Below the pieces are notes generated by a model that made no database searches, was not told where the DNA came from, and saw only the letters and a program-made list of their open reading frames with translations. DNA of 64,000 nt from Candidatus Ozemobacteraceae bacterium (lineage in GTDB: Bacteria > Muiribacteriota > Ozemobacteria > Ozemobacterales > Ozemobacteraceae). Each line of letters opens with the position of its first letter. The first letter of the stretch is position 1. This document shows, piece by piece, positions 40,274-50,145 of this stretch. The stretch is from positions 3,072,001 through 3,136,000 of the forward strand of contig OZ223236.1 in the NCBI GenBank assembly GCA_965140445.1, given 5' to 3'. Both the position numbers and the translations under genes were made by a program.

Positions 40274-43036
40274 TTACTTATAAACAAAAAACCAATTCTT
40301 TGGTAATGCCAGTATTAAACCAGCTTTTCCGCGCTCTGTATTTTTACGTTTAATCATTAACGAGGGCGAAACCTGTCTTAAGATTTTTTTAAGTCTCTGT
40401 AGGCTGCTTTTAAAAGCACCCATATCACATTCCGGATCAAATTCCATACCCCATGCACCTTTGTACATTGAAGAGATTTCTGCAGGATGAGGGTAGGATA
40501 AGAAAAGTTGAGATAAAATAGAGTGGGGGATTGATCCCATTTTTAAAGAAGATTCCTTTTCCTGGAATCGAATCTTTCCAGCTGGACCGTCAAAAATCAG
40601 TCTGTCTTTATGTACATTTTTTTGCCAAAGGACGTAGTCCTCATAATGTACGGTTTTACTTTCAAGTTCAGAAACTATCGTTACAAATTCTTCCGCCCTT
40701 GATTTTTCAATCTGAATTTTTTTTATGATTTGAGAGAGTCCCTTAATAGAGTCGGTCAAAAAGTCTATTGTCGTTTGCGGAGATCTTGAAATGTGAAATT
40801 CCAGGTATTCTCGCGCACTATCAAGTTTTGTTTGCATAAGTTTTTCTGCAATAAAAGACCAGAAGGGGTCGTAAACTTTGGCTAGATTGTGCTTTTTTAA
40901 AAGACTATTCAAATTTAATTCTTTAACCTTTAATGGGAAAAAAAGTGAAAGGTGGATTTCAATTTGTGTTACCTGAAATCTGCTTGAGTCCGTTTTTATA
41001 TTATTTCTCGCCATTACCAGATATTCAACAGCATCACTCTGGCCAAGAAAGATTTTTGCTAGACCAATTCCATGCTGACAATCTCCAATTTGCACCGAAG
41101 AAGAATTTCTTAATTCTGATTCTTTTAAGACCGTCGAATACTTGGTAAGTGCTGCCGAAAAATCGCTATTGTATAATAGAGACAATGCTTTAAGAACATC
41201 GCCAACAAATCTTGCTCTAGGTTCTAAAACTGTGTTTGTAATTTTTTCAGCCTGATTCCACCAGGTTTTAGCTGTTGCTGTTTTTCCTAATAGTTCATAT
41301 ATCCATGCCTGCAAACATGCTGCTTCATAAATGCCACTTTCGTTTTTCTTTTTTAATCTTAGTAGATAACATTCTTTAAACAATTTGAGGGCTTTGGAGA
41401 ATCTACCGAGTTTAAGAAAAATTTTCCCAATGGCAAAAGAGACAACTGAAAGGCTCCACTCATTTTCAAGCATTTTGAAAAGTTGACTCGCTTTAAAAAG
41501 GCTGCTCAAAGCTTTAGGGAAGTTGCCAAGATCGTATTCGACCATTCCAAGATTTGAGAGTATCGCCGCTTGCATTTTTTTGTGTTTATTTACTTTTGCA
41601 GTAATTAGGCCGGAGATATAATGGGTTCTGGCTGACTCCGGTTTGCCCCTGGTAAAATATAGATTTCCCAGGGAATTTTCTGCTCTGGCAATATTTTCAA
41701 AATCTTTTGAAGAATCAAACAATTCTTTGGCTAAAAACATTTCAGACATGGCTTCATTGGTGCGATTCAGTCTGGTCATAATAATTCCGGTTGCAAAACA
41801 CAAATGCCCTAATTCGTTTTCATAACCCTTTAAAGCTTCATACTTCTCTTTTGCACAATCCAGAATCTCCAGGGCTTTATCATATTTTTCCTGCATGGTA
41901 AATGTCCTGGAAATAGCAAGATAAGCTTGATGAGAAAGAGAAAAACTGGAATCAAGATACTTGTCTGCAAAGAAATTTATAATTTCAAATCTGGTATTGT
42001 TAAACAGGTCCGGACCCTTTTCGTTGAATTTTTTTACAACGATTTCATCCATTCCAATTTGTGAACCAAGTTTGATTAGAGTTTCTGTCGTTGAAGGATT
42101 TGAGGTGTCTTTATTTTTAAGAACCCAGTCTACACAATCCTTATGTCTTATATTCAGGGTTTCGGGATTGTTAAGAATTAGATTTTTAAGAATTTGGGGA
42201 AACTTTTTGCTATCAGATTTCTTGAAAAAATCAAAAAGTTCCTCAGTAGTCATTTTTTTAAAAAAGCTTTCCAAAAATTCCTTTAAAAAAGCTATTGATG
42301 CAGACTCAGGGTTTTCCGGTATAAAAAGAAACTCTTTTTCAAATTGTGCTTGTCGAAAAGGCGCAAAATGAAGAAGTTCGATCCAGGCTAATCTGGATTC
42401 ATCTGTTACCGTTTCAGGTTTTTTCCCTTCGTAGGTTAGAAGAGAGGCTGGATACTTGCAAAAAAAGTGACGGCTCCAAAACAGGTTTTTTACTTCCCGG
42501 GGATCTAGTTTGATGGGAGTTCTTTTAAAGAGATTCAATGGAAGGTCAGGAAAAAACTTTCGGCCACATAAGGTTAAGAGTAGAGAAACTCGCTTTAAAA
42601 CAGTGTCAGAGGTTTGCTTTGCGAGCATCAGCAGAAGATTGTCGTCGAAAGGTAGAATTGACACCAGGTTGGTAAGATCGAAAATGGATGGTGCGTAGGC
42701 AAGGTCTTTAAGTAGGTCTATAATAGTCTTTTCGAGCGAGGAAACATTAAACTTTATATTTTGAAAAAGACTCTTCTGTGTAGATTTAAGATAAGAATTT
42801 CCATGGTATACAAAGGTGAGATGGAATTCGCCAATATCTCTATTTCGTCTACGTTTAGGTGAAACAATTGTGATTTCCTCTGGAGGTGAATCGACCAGAC
42901 CCAATATAAAAAGGGCAGTTTGGTGGGAAAAGTATTCTGACTCATTTCTAATTAATCTGGAAAACTCGTCCAGGTGCTTTAAAAAACTGCTTTTATCTGG
43001 CAAAATAAACCTCAACTTTAATCCATCACGATTCAT
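40274..43036 (-). CDS. AbiEi-like antitoxin domain + TPR + C-terminal winged-helix protein
   Basis: YFSHQTALFILGL...ITIVSPKRR...VSSLEKTIIDLL; TPRs (ENSLGNLYFTRG, LSNLGMVEYDLG); MYKGAWG...FKSSLQRLKKIL. Confidence 0.75.
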   Translation of the reverse strand: MNRDGLKLRFILPDKSSFLKHLDEFSRLIRNESEYFSHQTALFILGLVDSPPEEITIVSPKRRRNRDIGEFHLTFVYHGNSYLKSTQKSLFQNIKFNVSSLEKTIIDLLKDLAYAPSIFDLTNLVSILPFDDNLLLMLAKQTSDTVLKRVSLLLTLCGRKFFPDLPLNLFKRTPIKLDPREVKNLFWSRHFFCKYPASLLTYEGKKPETVTDESRLAWIELLHFAPFRQAQFEKEFLFIPENPESASIAFLKEFLESFFKKMTTEELFDFFKKSDSKKFPQILKNLILNNPETLNIRHKDCVDWVLKNKDTSNPSTTETLIKLGSQIGMDEIVVKKFNEKGPDLFNNTRFEIINFFADKYLDSSFSLSHQAYLAISRTFTMQEKYDKALEILDCAKEKYEALKGYENELGHLCFATGIIMTRLNRTNEAMSEMFLAKELFDSSKDFENIARAENSLGNLYFTRGKPESARTHYISGLITAKVNKHKKMQAAILSNLGMVEYDLGNFPKALSSLFKASQLFKMLENEWSLSVVSFAIGKIFLKLGRFSKALKLFKECYLLRLKKKNESGIYEAACLQAWIYELLGKTATAKTWWNQAEKITNTVLEPRARFVGDVLKALSLLYNSDFSAALTKYSTVLKESELRNSSSVQIGDCQHGIGLAKIFLGQSDAVEYLVMARNNIKTDSSRFQVTQIEIHLSLFFPLKVKELNLNSLLKKHNLAKVYDPFWSFIAEKLMQTKLDSAREYLEFHISRSPQTTIDFLTDSIKGLSQIIKKIQIEKSRAEEFVTIVSELESKTVHYEDYVLWQKNVHKDRLIFDGPAGKIRFQEKESSLKMGSIPHSILSQLFLSYPHPAEISSMYKGAWGMEFDPECDMGAFKSSLQRLKKILRQVSPSLMIKRKNTERGKAGLILALPKNWFFVYK

Positions 43037-43066
43037 TATATGTAAAAAATAAGGAACCTACAAATT

Positions 43067-43948
43067 TTGCTGAAAAATTGGATTTTTTTAAGCCTTGTAA
43101 CCGCATTTTCAGTTTCCTTTGTAGATGTAATAAGGAAAAAGGTTGTCCATAATACAGACCCACTAGTGGTTGCTCTCGGCACTAACTTGTTTCAGTTTAT
43201 TTTTTTGCTGCCTCTTGTTGCTACGGGTAAGTTCACCATCAGCGGAACCGAATTCTTTTATATTTTGGGAGCATCGTGTTTGCTTTTATGGATTGTAAGC
43301 TTACTTTATGCAAACGCTTTAAAATGGGGGGAATTGTCTTCAGCGGTCCCAATGCTATGTTTTTCTCCTGTCTTTTTACTTTTGACTTCAACTCTTATGT
43401 TGGGTGAGTTTCCATCGACAATCGGGCTTATCGGTATACTATTAATTGTTGCCGGTGGTTACATTATTAATAAAAAGAACAGCAAATCTGATTTGGCAAA
43501 TGATCCACAACAAACTAAAAACTTCAATTTTGGAAAGTTGCTAATGCTTGGCGTTGCCGTTATTTGGAGCATTACCGCAAATCTTGATAAGATCGGGGTG
43601 GGGAAGTCATCGCCGGAATTGTGGAGCGTTTCAATCTTCGGTACTCTTAGCCTTCTTTGTAGTTTTTCCTGTATAGCAGCAATTGGATTTAAAGAAACAT
43701 ATTTTGGAATAAAAAGAAATTTAGGACGATTTTCTTTAATTGGATTTATAGGAGCAGCAGGAATCTTTACCCAGCTTCTAGCTATTAATCTAACCATCGT
43801 GCCTTACGTAATCTCTATAAAACGGATTAGTACTGGTCTTTGTGTGATTTGGGGTGCTTTGTTTTTTAAGGAAAAATCTATAAAGGAAAAGTTGTTGGGA
43901 GTTTTTCTCATGCTGATAGGAGTTTTTCTTATAGTTGTTTTGAAATAG
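43067..43948 (+). CDS. EamA/DMT family transporter
   Basis: About 10 TM helices in two repeats; LMLGEFP, LFFKEK. Confidence 0.88.
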   Translation: MLKNWIFLSLVTAFSVSFVDVIRKKVVHNTDPLVVALGTNLFQFIFLLPLVATGKFTISGTEFFYILGASCLLLWIVSLLYANALKWGELSSAVPMLCFSPVFLLLTSTLMLGEFPSTIGLIGILLIVAGGYIINKKNSKSDLANDPQQTKNFNFGKLLMLGVAVIWSITANLDKIGVGKSSPELWSVSIFGTLSLLCSFSCIAAIGFKETYFGIKRNLGRFSLIGFIGAAGIFTQLLAINLTIVPYVISIKRISTGLCVIWGALFFKEKSIKEKLLGVFLMLIGVFLIVVLK

Positions 43949-43950
43949 AT

Positions 43951-45351
43951 TTGCTACAATGCTTCTCCAAATCCATTTTAAGCAGTTTAATAATGAAGCC
44001 ATATCAAAGAATCTTTTCAATCGCAATTCCTGCAATGGCCGGGTTTATAGGCTTAATTCTTTTTGATATTATTGACATTTACTGGATTGAAAAGCTTGGA
44101 AAGCATTCTGTCGCAGGTGTGGCGTCAGCAGGTTTTATTGTTTGGGCTCTTTATGCTTTGATTCAAGTTACAAGCTCGGGAATGGCCTCACTTGTTGCAC
44201 AATTTTATGGTGCCGGTAAAAGAAGAAGAGCATGGGCGGTAATTAATCAGGCAACCTGGTTAAGCTTGATAATTAGTTTATTTATTTGTTTATTCTTTTT
44301 GTTAAATCTTGAAAAGCCTTTTGCATGGATGGGATTAGACCCTTATACCGCCGAGTTGGCCCAAAAGTATTTTTTCATAATTATTATGGGGTTTCCCCTG
44401 ATATTCCTGGATATGCTGGCTGGAAACATTTTTAATGCTTATGGCGATAATAAAGTTTCGAACTTGATAATGTTTTTGTGTTTGATAGTTAATATCATTC
44501 TAGACCCTATTATGATGTTTGGGTGGGGCCCGGTTCCTGCCATGGCTATCTCGGGGGCCGCTGCAGCAACAATAATTAGTCATTTATTATCATTGGTTGC
44601 AAGAGTTTACTTTTTAAGGAAAAAGAATTTTATTCCCGGTTTTACATATTTTTTTAAATTCCGGACATTTTATTTTAAAAAAATCCTTTCAATTGGAATC
44701 CCCAATGCTTTAACCGGGGTAATCTGGTCTGTGGTTTATCCATTTTTAACAAGGTTAATTACCCCTTTTGGAGTGGCACCATTATCAGCAATTGGAATAG
44801 CGCACCGCCTGGAGAGTGTGCCCTATTTTTCATCAGTAGCATTTGGCATTGCAATGACTTCTCTCGTAGGGCAGTCTGTTGGACGGAAAAATGCTGAAGA
44901 AGCGGATCAAGTTATCAACGCAGGGGTTAAGGTTGCAACCTTATTGCTATTACCTTTTGCCTTAATTTTCCTGATTTTTCCGGATAAAATATTTTCTTTT
45001 ATGACCAGTGATCCAGAATTGTTAATGCACGGCGCCGAATATTTATTTATTATTGGTGTCTTTGAGTTAATGATGGGTTGGGAAATGGTTTTTGGTGGGA
45101 TTTTTACTGGATTAGGGGTGACTTATCCTACTCTTTTTATCACCATACCTTTTACCGTTGGAAGAATCCCCCTGGCATGGTTCCTGGCTTATTACATGGG
45201 TTTTGGAGTTAGTGGCATCTGGTGGGCAATCAGTATAAGTTCATTGTGTAAAGGTGTCGGGCTTGCTCTACTCTATCTGGCCATGAAAAAAAAGCTTCTA
45301 GGACCGGAATTTTTAAGAAATCGAAAAAAGGTTGCAATAGCTTCGGCATAA
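43951..45351 (+). CDS. MATE family efflux transporter (likely start ATG 43993)
   Basis: NIILDPIMMFG, GAAAATIIS, VGQSVG, GVSGIWWA. Confidence 0.92.
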   Translation: MLQCFSKSILSSLIMKPYQRIFSIAIPAMAGFIGLILFDIIDIYWIEKLGKHSVAGVASAGFIVWALYALIQVTSSGMASLVAQFYGAGKRRRAWAVINQATWLSLIISLFICLFFLLNLEKPFAWMGLDPYTAELAQKYFFIIIMGFPLIFLDMLAGNIFNAYGDNKVSNLIMFLCLIVNIILDPIMMFGWGPVPAMAISGAAAATIISHLLSLVARVYFLRKKNFIPGFTYFFKFRTFYFKKILSIGIPNALTGVIWSVVYPFLTRLITPFGVAPLSAIGIAHRLESVPYFSSVAFGIAMTSLVGQSVGRKNAEEADQVINAGVKVATLLLLPFALIFLIFPDKIFSFMTSDPELLMHGAEYLFIIGVFELMMGWEMVFGGIFTGLGVTYPTLFITIPFTVGRIPLAWFLAYYMGFGVSGIWWAISISSLCKGVGLALLYLAMKKKLLGPEFLRNRKKVAIASA

Positions 45352-45474
45352 ATTTTGTAACATACAGATTTCAGTATATTTGTCTTATTCGTTAAATAAA
45401 GCCATTAAGATGGCGAAAAGCTTACATACAAATGTACCTTGTTTGGATAGATCATTTAATTGATCATATAGTAT

Positions 45475-46272
45475 ATGAATAAGAAAATTGCCCAAATAAT
45501 CACTTTATTCTGTTTCTGGCTTTTTGCAGGAACAGTTTTGGCAATTCCTCATAAAATAGGGGAATACACCATTGATATTGAGGTTTTCAACCGGGCAATG
45601 AATATTATTCCAAAACAAAAAGTATCAACTTATTTTATTGATAGCAAAAGAATTGCAATTAAGGTTAAGGCTACTGGTTACAAAACCCTTAAGTATGTTC
45701 TCAATATCAATGAAAATCAGACCCTCTATAAAAGAGATTTCATCCTCGAGGATCTCGAAAGAAACTTCTTTGTTGTTGATTTGAATGATTCAATTATTGA
45801 GTCTGCTTATATCAGACAAGATCAATACGGATTTGAAGCAGACGAATATGGATTAACAGTTTTTATTCCAAAAGCAGATTGGCCGGTGCCGTCTTCTGAG
45901 AAGGTTGAGCTTTTTGATTCGTTCTGGGGATTTCCAATGAAAAAAAGCGCAGAGATTACACCCACAGACGAGTTCTATCAGATAAAGCTAAGAATGACTA
46001 GAAAAGATCTTAAATGGAGTGGGGAAGACATCTTCGTTGTGATCAACAACAAAAAGCCCTCAAATTTGCGTAGTTCTGAAAAATACTTAAAGAGCCTGGC
46101 AAAGCTTGAAAGTGATAAAGAAAATGGCTGGATGTATGTTGACCAGATGGCTAAGTTTATTGCAGGTAATTTCAACCCTGATGAACTTAATCTTGAAAAG
46201 GCCGCATTACCCCAAAGTTTGAACGCTATCTATTCACTAAAAGAAAGATTTGCCGAAGTTCATAAATTTTAA
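45475..46272 (+). CDS. Exported hypothetical protein
   Basis: Signal peptide ending VLA; 265-aa ORF. Confidence 0.6.
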   Translation: MNKKIAQIITLFCFWLFAGTVLAIPHKIGEYTIDIEVFNRAMNIIPKQKVSTYFIDSKRIAIKVKATGYKTLKYVLNINENQTLYKRDFILEDLERNFFVVDLNDSIIESAYIRQDQYGFEADEYGLTVFIPKADWPVPSSEKVELFDSFWGFPMKKSAEITPTDEFYQIKLRMTRKDLKWSGEDIFVVINNKKPSNLRSSEKYLKSLAKLESDKENGWMYVDQMAKFIAGNFNPDELNLEKAALPQSLNAIYSLKERFAEVHKF

Positions 46273-46293
46273 GAAAAATTTTTTAAAAAATAG

Positions 46294-46322
46294 TTGCATT
46301 AAAAACCCTTTGATGTTATCAT
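46294..46322 (+). promoter_or_regulatory. tRNA promoter
   Basis: TTGCAT-17 nt-TATCAT with TG extension, AT-rich UP region. Confidence 0.7.
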
Positions 46323-46347
46323 ACATTTACGTTCGAACAACGAACGA

Positions 46348-46419
46348 TCCTGAGTAGCTCAGTGGTAGAGCAATCGGCTGTTAACCGATTGGTCGGGGGT
46401 TCAAATCCCTCCTCAGGAG
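46348..46419 (+). tRNA. tRNA-Asn (GTT), CCA not encoded
   Basis: Acceptor TCCTGAG/CTCAGGA, D arm GCTC/GAGC, anticodon arm ATCGG-CTGTTAA-CCGAT, T loop TTCAAAT, discriminator G. Confidence 0.97.
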
Positions 46420-46421
46420 AT

Positions 46422-46455
46422 CACAAAACCCTCGAAGAAATTCGAGGGTTTTGTG
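46422..46455 (+). terminator. Intrinsic terminator after tRNA
   Basis: CACAAAACCCTCGAA-GAAA-TTCGAGGGTTTTGTG. Confidence 0.85.
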
Positions 46456-46546
46456 CTTTAGGTTTTTACTAAATTATTAAACCACAAAGAATTTTTGTGC
46501 TTGATTCCAGGCAGTAAATGGCCGAATAATTCGAGCCGGCTGGACT

Positions 46547-46573
46547 TGAGTGGTCAACAAAAACTGGACACTT
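46547..46573. mobile_element. Isolated IS3-family-like terminal inverted repeat
   Basis: TGAGTGGTCAACAAAAACTGGACAC resembles IS911-type ends from memory; no transposase nearby. Confidence 0.5.
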
Positions 46574-46708
46574 AGGAAAGTGAAGATTATCCCAAGATAA
46601 AAATAATCTTTCCTGGATTGTATTTTAAACCTGAAAGTTAGTTAGACTATGAGCAAGCTGTGCAGCAAAATGGCTAAAATTAATTTGATTTTTCCTTAGA
46701 TAATAAAT

Positions 46709-46751
46709 ATTGTATCAATATAAGATACAATTGTTCGGTATTTTGATACAA
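46709..46751. promoter_or_regulatory. Tandem palindromic operator upstream of wHTH-MNT gene
   Basis: TTGTATC-N7-GATACAA followed by TTGTTCG-N7-GATACAA, 21-bp period. Confidence 0.65.
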
Positions 46752-46761
46752 AGGTGCTTTT

Positions 46762-47346
46762 ATGTCGATTCTGGCTGAATTACTATCTTCAAAGGCAAGA
46801 GCTGAGATATTTCGAATTCTATTCGGAACTAATCAGCAGGAATTGCACATGAGAGAGATTCAAAGATTGGCAGGCCTTGGTATCAGCTCTATTCGTCAGG
46901 AAATAGAAAAGCTTGAAAGACTTGAACTGCTTATGAGCAGGAAAAGCGGCAATAGAATTTACTATTCTGCCAACAACGAGCATCCATTGTTTAATCTTAT
47001 CCATGAAATGGTTTTAAAAACAAACGGATTGAAAGACGTATTTGAAAAGTATTTGTCTGATGATTCTATCGATTTTGCTTTTGTGTTTGGATCTTTTGCG
47101 AATGGCGAAGAAAAAAGTAATAGTGATATCGATCTGTTTATTATTGGTGAAATTGGCTTAAGACAGCTTTCAAAACAGCTTAATGAACCTGTGAAAATTT
47201 TGGGTAGAGAGATTAACCCGCATGTTATGGATGCGAAGGAATTCGTTAAAAGAAAGAACGCCCAAGAGCATTTTGTAACCAGAGTTCTGGAAGCAAAGAA
47301 AATAATGATAATCGGAAACGAAGATGAGCTTGGAAAACTGGGCTAA
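46762..47346 (+). CDS. Winged-helix + minimal nucleotidyltransferase (MNT) antitoxin
   Basis: N-terminal wHTH (LHMREIQRLAGLGISSIRQE); FGSFANGEEKSNSDIDL. Confidence 0.88.
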   Translation: MSILAELLSSKARAEIFRILFGTNQQELHMREIQRLAGLGISSIRQEIEKLERLELLMSRKSGNRIYYSANNEHPLFNLIHEMVLKTNGLKDVFEKYLSDDSIDFAFVFGSFANGEEKSNSDIDLFIIGEIGLRQLSKQLNEPVKILGREINPHVMDAKEFVKRKNAQEHFVTRVLEAKKIMIIGNEDELGKLG

Positions 47347-47479
47347 AAATGGCTGGCTAAGGCCACATAAAACGAGCAATCAGGAAATACAAAACCTGCT
47401 GGCTATTGTTGAGCGTGATCTTGAAGATGCCCGGCAAAGCAATCTTTCACCTAGCACCCCAAAATCATCAATGGTATAA
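47324..47479 (+). pseudogene. Truncated HEPN-like partner of the MNT
   Basis: MSLENWAKNGWLRPHKTSNQEIQNLLAIVERDLEDAR..., overlaps the MNT end, stops after 51 aa. Confidence 0.65.
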
Positions 47480-47726
47480 GGGTGGGTAGAAGTAGGTGAA
47501 ATAAATTACTAGCCTTTGATGGTGGACGACAGCGAAGAAGTGCCAATTCATGAATCCTTAAAATTCTTTCGGATTCCAAAGGCAAGCGCATCTTTTTTAG
47601 GTTGCCGCCAATTCGATCACTAGTGGTAAAACTGCTATTTCTAAAATATTTTATTCCTAAAAGTAGCTTCTTACCGTGACTTGCATAAGCTTCTGGAGAG
47701 TCGTTTCCTCGGCATTTTCAAGAAAA

Positions 47727-50138
47727 TTAAATTTCTTCTGCTCCAAATTTATGCTTTCTTAAAATTATTTCTTCATCTGCTCTTTTCTGTTCAAATTCGA
47801 TCCTTTTTTCAAGGGTTTCAATGTAACTTGCTGCAAATTTCCTTACTCTTTGATCATCATCTTTCAACCAGGCTTGCATTTCTTCGATTTTTTGTCTGTA
47901 AGCTTCTACAAAACCATATTCTCCACTCACAACTCCTGTGTTCATAAGTACAGACATTAATTCACTAATCTGGTCATTACTTTTTGACCCAAACTTAACA
48001 ATTTCTTTGCTAACATTATGTATAATAGGCCTGCCATCGTAGTTCCTAAAAATGGCAAAAACTAAATGTAGATATTCCTCTTTTTTTGTTTTTATTAAAT
48101 CAATTAATTGCTCTTGAAGTTCAATAGGAAAGTCGGGGAAAACATTCGCAATGAGTCTGGCAAAACGGTAAATGATTAAAACATCGTTGTTGCTGAAAAC
48201 TTTTAGAATTGATTCGATAACTTTTGTGGGTTGTTTTGCTAGAACAGGAGCAAGTTTATCAAAATGGAAGGGTATTGACTCATAATTGCTATCACCTTCA
48301 TTTGTTTTTGCCTGAAGAATGCGATTGCAGAAAAATTGAATAACCTTTTCGGGATTATATTTACTTATCTCGGCAAGGATCTCTTCAGCATGGTAATCAA
48401 TTTTGTTTAAACAGGTTAGGTTGCTAAGAACGAAATCTATATCCCTAGGCTTCATTCTAGAAAATAGTGTCTTTAGTTGAGGTTTAAACCATACTCCGTA
48501 TACCCAATCAGTATTCTGGTATTTAGTTAGTTCATTCAATGCAGGAATAAAAAAAACTTCAATAAGACTCTGCCCATGTTCATCATATTTTGAGGTGACC
48601 GAGGAAATTATTTGTTTTAAGGTGGTTTGTTCCTTTTTAGTAATGGCTTTGGATAAGATTTTTTCTAGTATCTTTAAATTTAGTTCTGAAGAAAATTCAA
48701 AAAATCTTGCTAGGCTGCATAGATACTTTCCGTTCTCGATCCAATCTTCAATTAATGAGTAAGCATTTGGCTTAGCTTCCGTTTCTGTTACGCCGCAGAG
48801 TATAGCGATCAGAAAACTTTCTAACTCATCTGAAGACTCAGATAAAAGCTTCAATGCTAAATCTGGTGAAGTTTTACCAAAGTGTTCCAAAAACTTTCCA
48901 AAAAAAGGAAACATTGCCAAATCATTAGATCTAATCTTTGAATATTTAATAATTCGGCTTTTCCAAGATGGATAGGATTCCGAATCAATAGATTCAGCAA
49001 ATCCAAGCGCTGAGATTTCTCTACATTTTCTTTCATTTTCATAATCATTTCTTACATCCTCTGCTTTTTCCCAATCGTGGAAAATACTGTCAAAGCCTAT
49101 AAGAATGCGAAAAAATTTATACTCTTCATTAGCATAAATTTCATCTCTTATTTGAAGACAAAGTTTGAAAATTGCCTGATTATGCAAGCCTCTTCTTTGT
49201 AACAACCAATAGCAATCGTGTTCCATTTTTTGAATAAATAACAAATCATCGAATTTAATTATGCTTTTAACAAAATTTAGAATGGTAATAGTGTTATTAT
49301 CTATCATTTCTAAGAAGTCTGGCCCACACTCAACTCTGAATGGGATTTCAGTAGCAATTTGTATAGATTTAAAAAGAGAGTATTTTTTGCTAGGTTCTTT
49401 TGCAAATGGGAAAAGTTTTATGAGTTCTTCAATAGCTTTATTTCTAATCTTTTTTATTCCATCTAAAGCAGGTAAAGCGCCAGTTCTAATAGTCACTGCC
49501 TTATAATTTGAAGTTGCCCCAGTAATTGTTGGTCTAAGAATATTTTTGCATGCCAGCTCTATTGCGTCAAAGTATTTTTCTTTTTTAGCACCATCAAAAG
49601 AGGTGATTTTTTCAAGGACCTTTTCTTGGGGTTGCCAACCAAGACCGGGCCAATTTTTTCCATTTGAATAAAAAATATTAAGATCAAAATTGGCAAGTTT
49701 TTCAATGCCCATAATAGCTTGTTTGGCAACGCTTTCATTTTGATGAATCGAATATTCAAAAAACACGTCTAAAATTTTCGATGGTAAGTAGTAACGTAAA
49801 TTTGCAAGTAACTCTAAACTTTTTATAACTAGAGTGAAATTGTTTTCGTGCTTTCGAATTTTTTCTTGTGAATACCAGAGTATTTCTTGATACTCTAGAT
49901 CTAGCTTTTCAAATCTTTTTATCAAATGTTTGAGGGAGTTCACAGTTTCATCAAAAACGATGTGGGCAAAGGTATCTAACAAGTCCAGGTGCTCTGCTAA
50001 TATTTCATAATGATTTTCTTGTTCTAGGCAGCTCAAAATTTTTGAAAACTCTTTTAAAATTGCTTTTTTCGCAATAGGGTCTTTTGCTGCTTTTTTTGAC
50101 AAATGTGTTAAAACACTTTTTCTTTGCTTATTCTCCAT
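47727..50138 (-). CDS. Large alpha-solenoid (HEAT/ARM-like) protein, candidate defence sensor
   Basis: 803 aa, apparently all-helical; C-terminal GVVSGEYGFVEAY...WLKDDDQRVRKFAASYI. Confidence 0.7.
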   Translation of the reverse strand: MENKQRKSVLTHLSKKAAKDPIAKKAILKEFSKILSCLEQENHYEILAEHLDLLDTFAHIVFDETVNSLKHLIKRFEKLDLEYQEILWYSQEKIRKHENNFTLVIKSLELLANLRYYLPSKILDVFFEYSIHQNESVAKQAIMGIEKLANFDLNIFYSNGKNWPGLGWQPQEKVLEKITSFDGAKKEKYFDAIELACKNILRPTITGATSNYKAVTIRTGALPALDGIKKIRNKAIEELIKLFPFAKEPSKKYSLFKSIQIATEIPFRVECGPDFLEMIDNNTITILNFVKSIIKFDDLLFIQKMEHDCYWLLQRRGLHNQAIFKLCLQIRDEIYANEEYKFFRILIGFDSIFHDWEKAEDVRNDYENERKCREISALGFAESIDSESYPSWKSRIIKYSKIRSNDLAMFPFFGKFLEHFGKTSPDLALKLLSESSDELESFLIAILCGVTETEAKPNAYSLIEDWIENGKYLCSLARFFEFSSELNLKILEKILSKAITKKEQTTLKQIISSVTSKYDEHGQSLIEVFFIPALNELTKYQNTDWVYGVWFKPQLKTLFSRMKPRDIDFVLSNLTCLNKIDYHAEEILAEISKYNPEKVIQFFCNRILQAKTNEGDSNYESIPFHFDKLAPVLAKQPTKVIESILKVFSNNDVLIIYRFARLIANVFPDFPIELQEQLIDLIKTKKEEYLHLVFAIFRNYDGRPIIHNVSKEIVKFGSKSNDQISELMSVLMNTGVVSGEYGFVEAYRQKIEEMQAWLKDDDQRVRKFAASYIETLEKRIEFEQKRADEEIILRKHKFGAEEI

Positions 50139-50145
50139 AGCAATT

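Noticed and set aside
46420..46423. Missing CCA as evidence of a disrupted tRNA
   Set aside because: Cloverleaf, promoter and terminator are intact; many bacteria add CCA enzymatically
48860..48910. GKFLEHFGKT in the 803-aa protein as a Walker A
   Set aside because: Spacing is G-x6-GKT in helical context, with no preceding beta strand or Walker B
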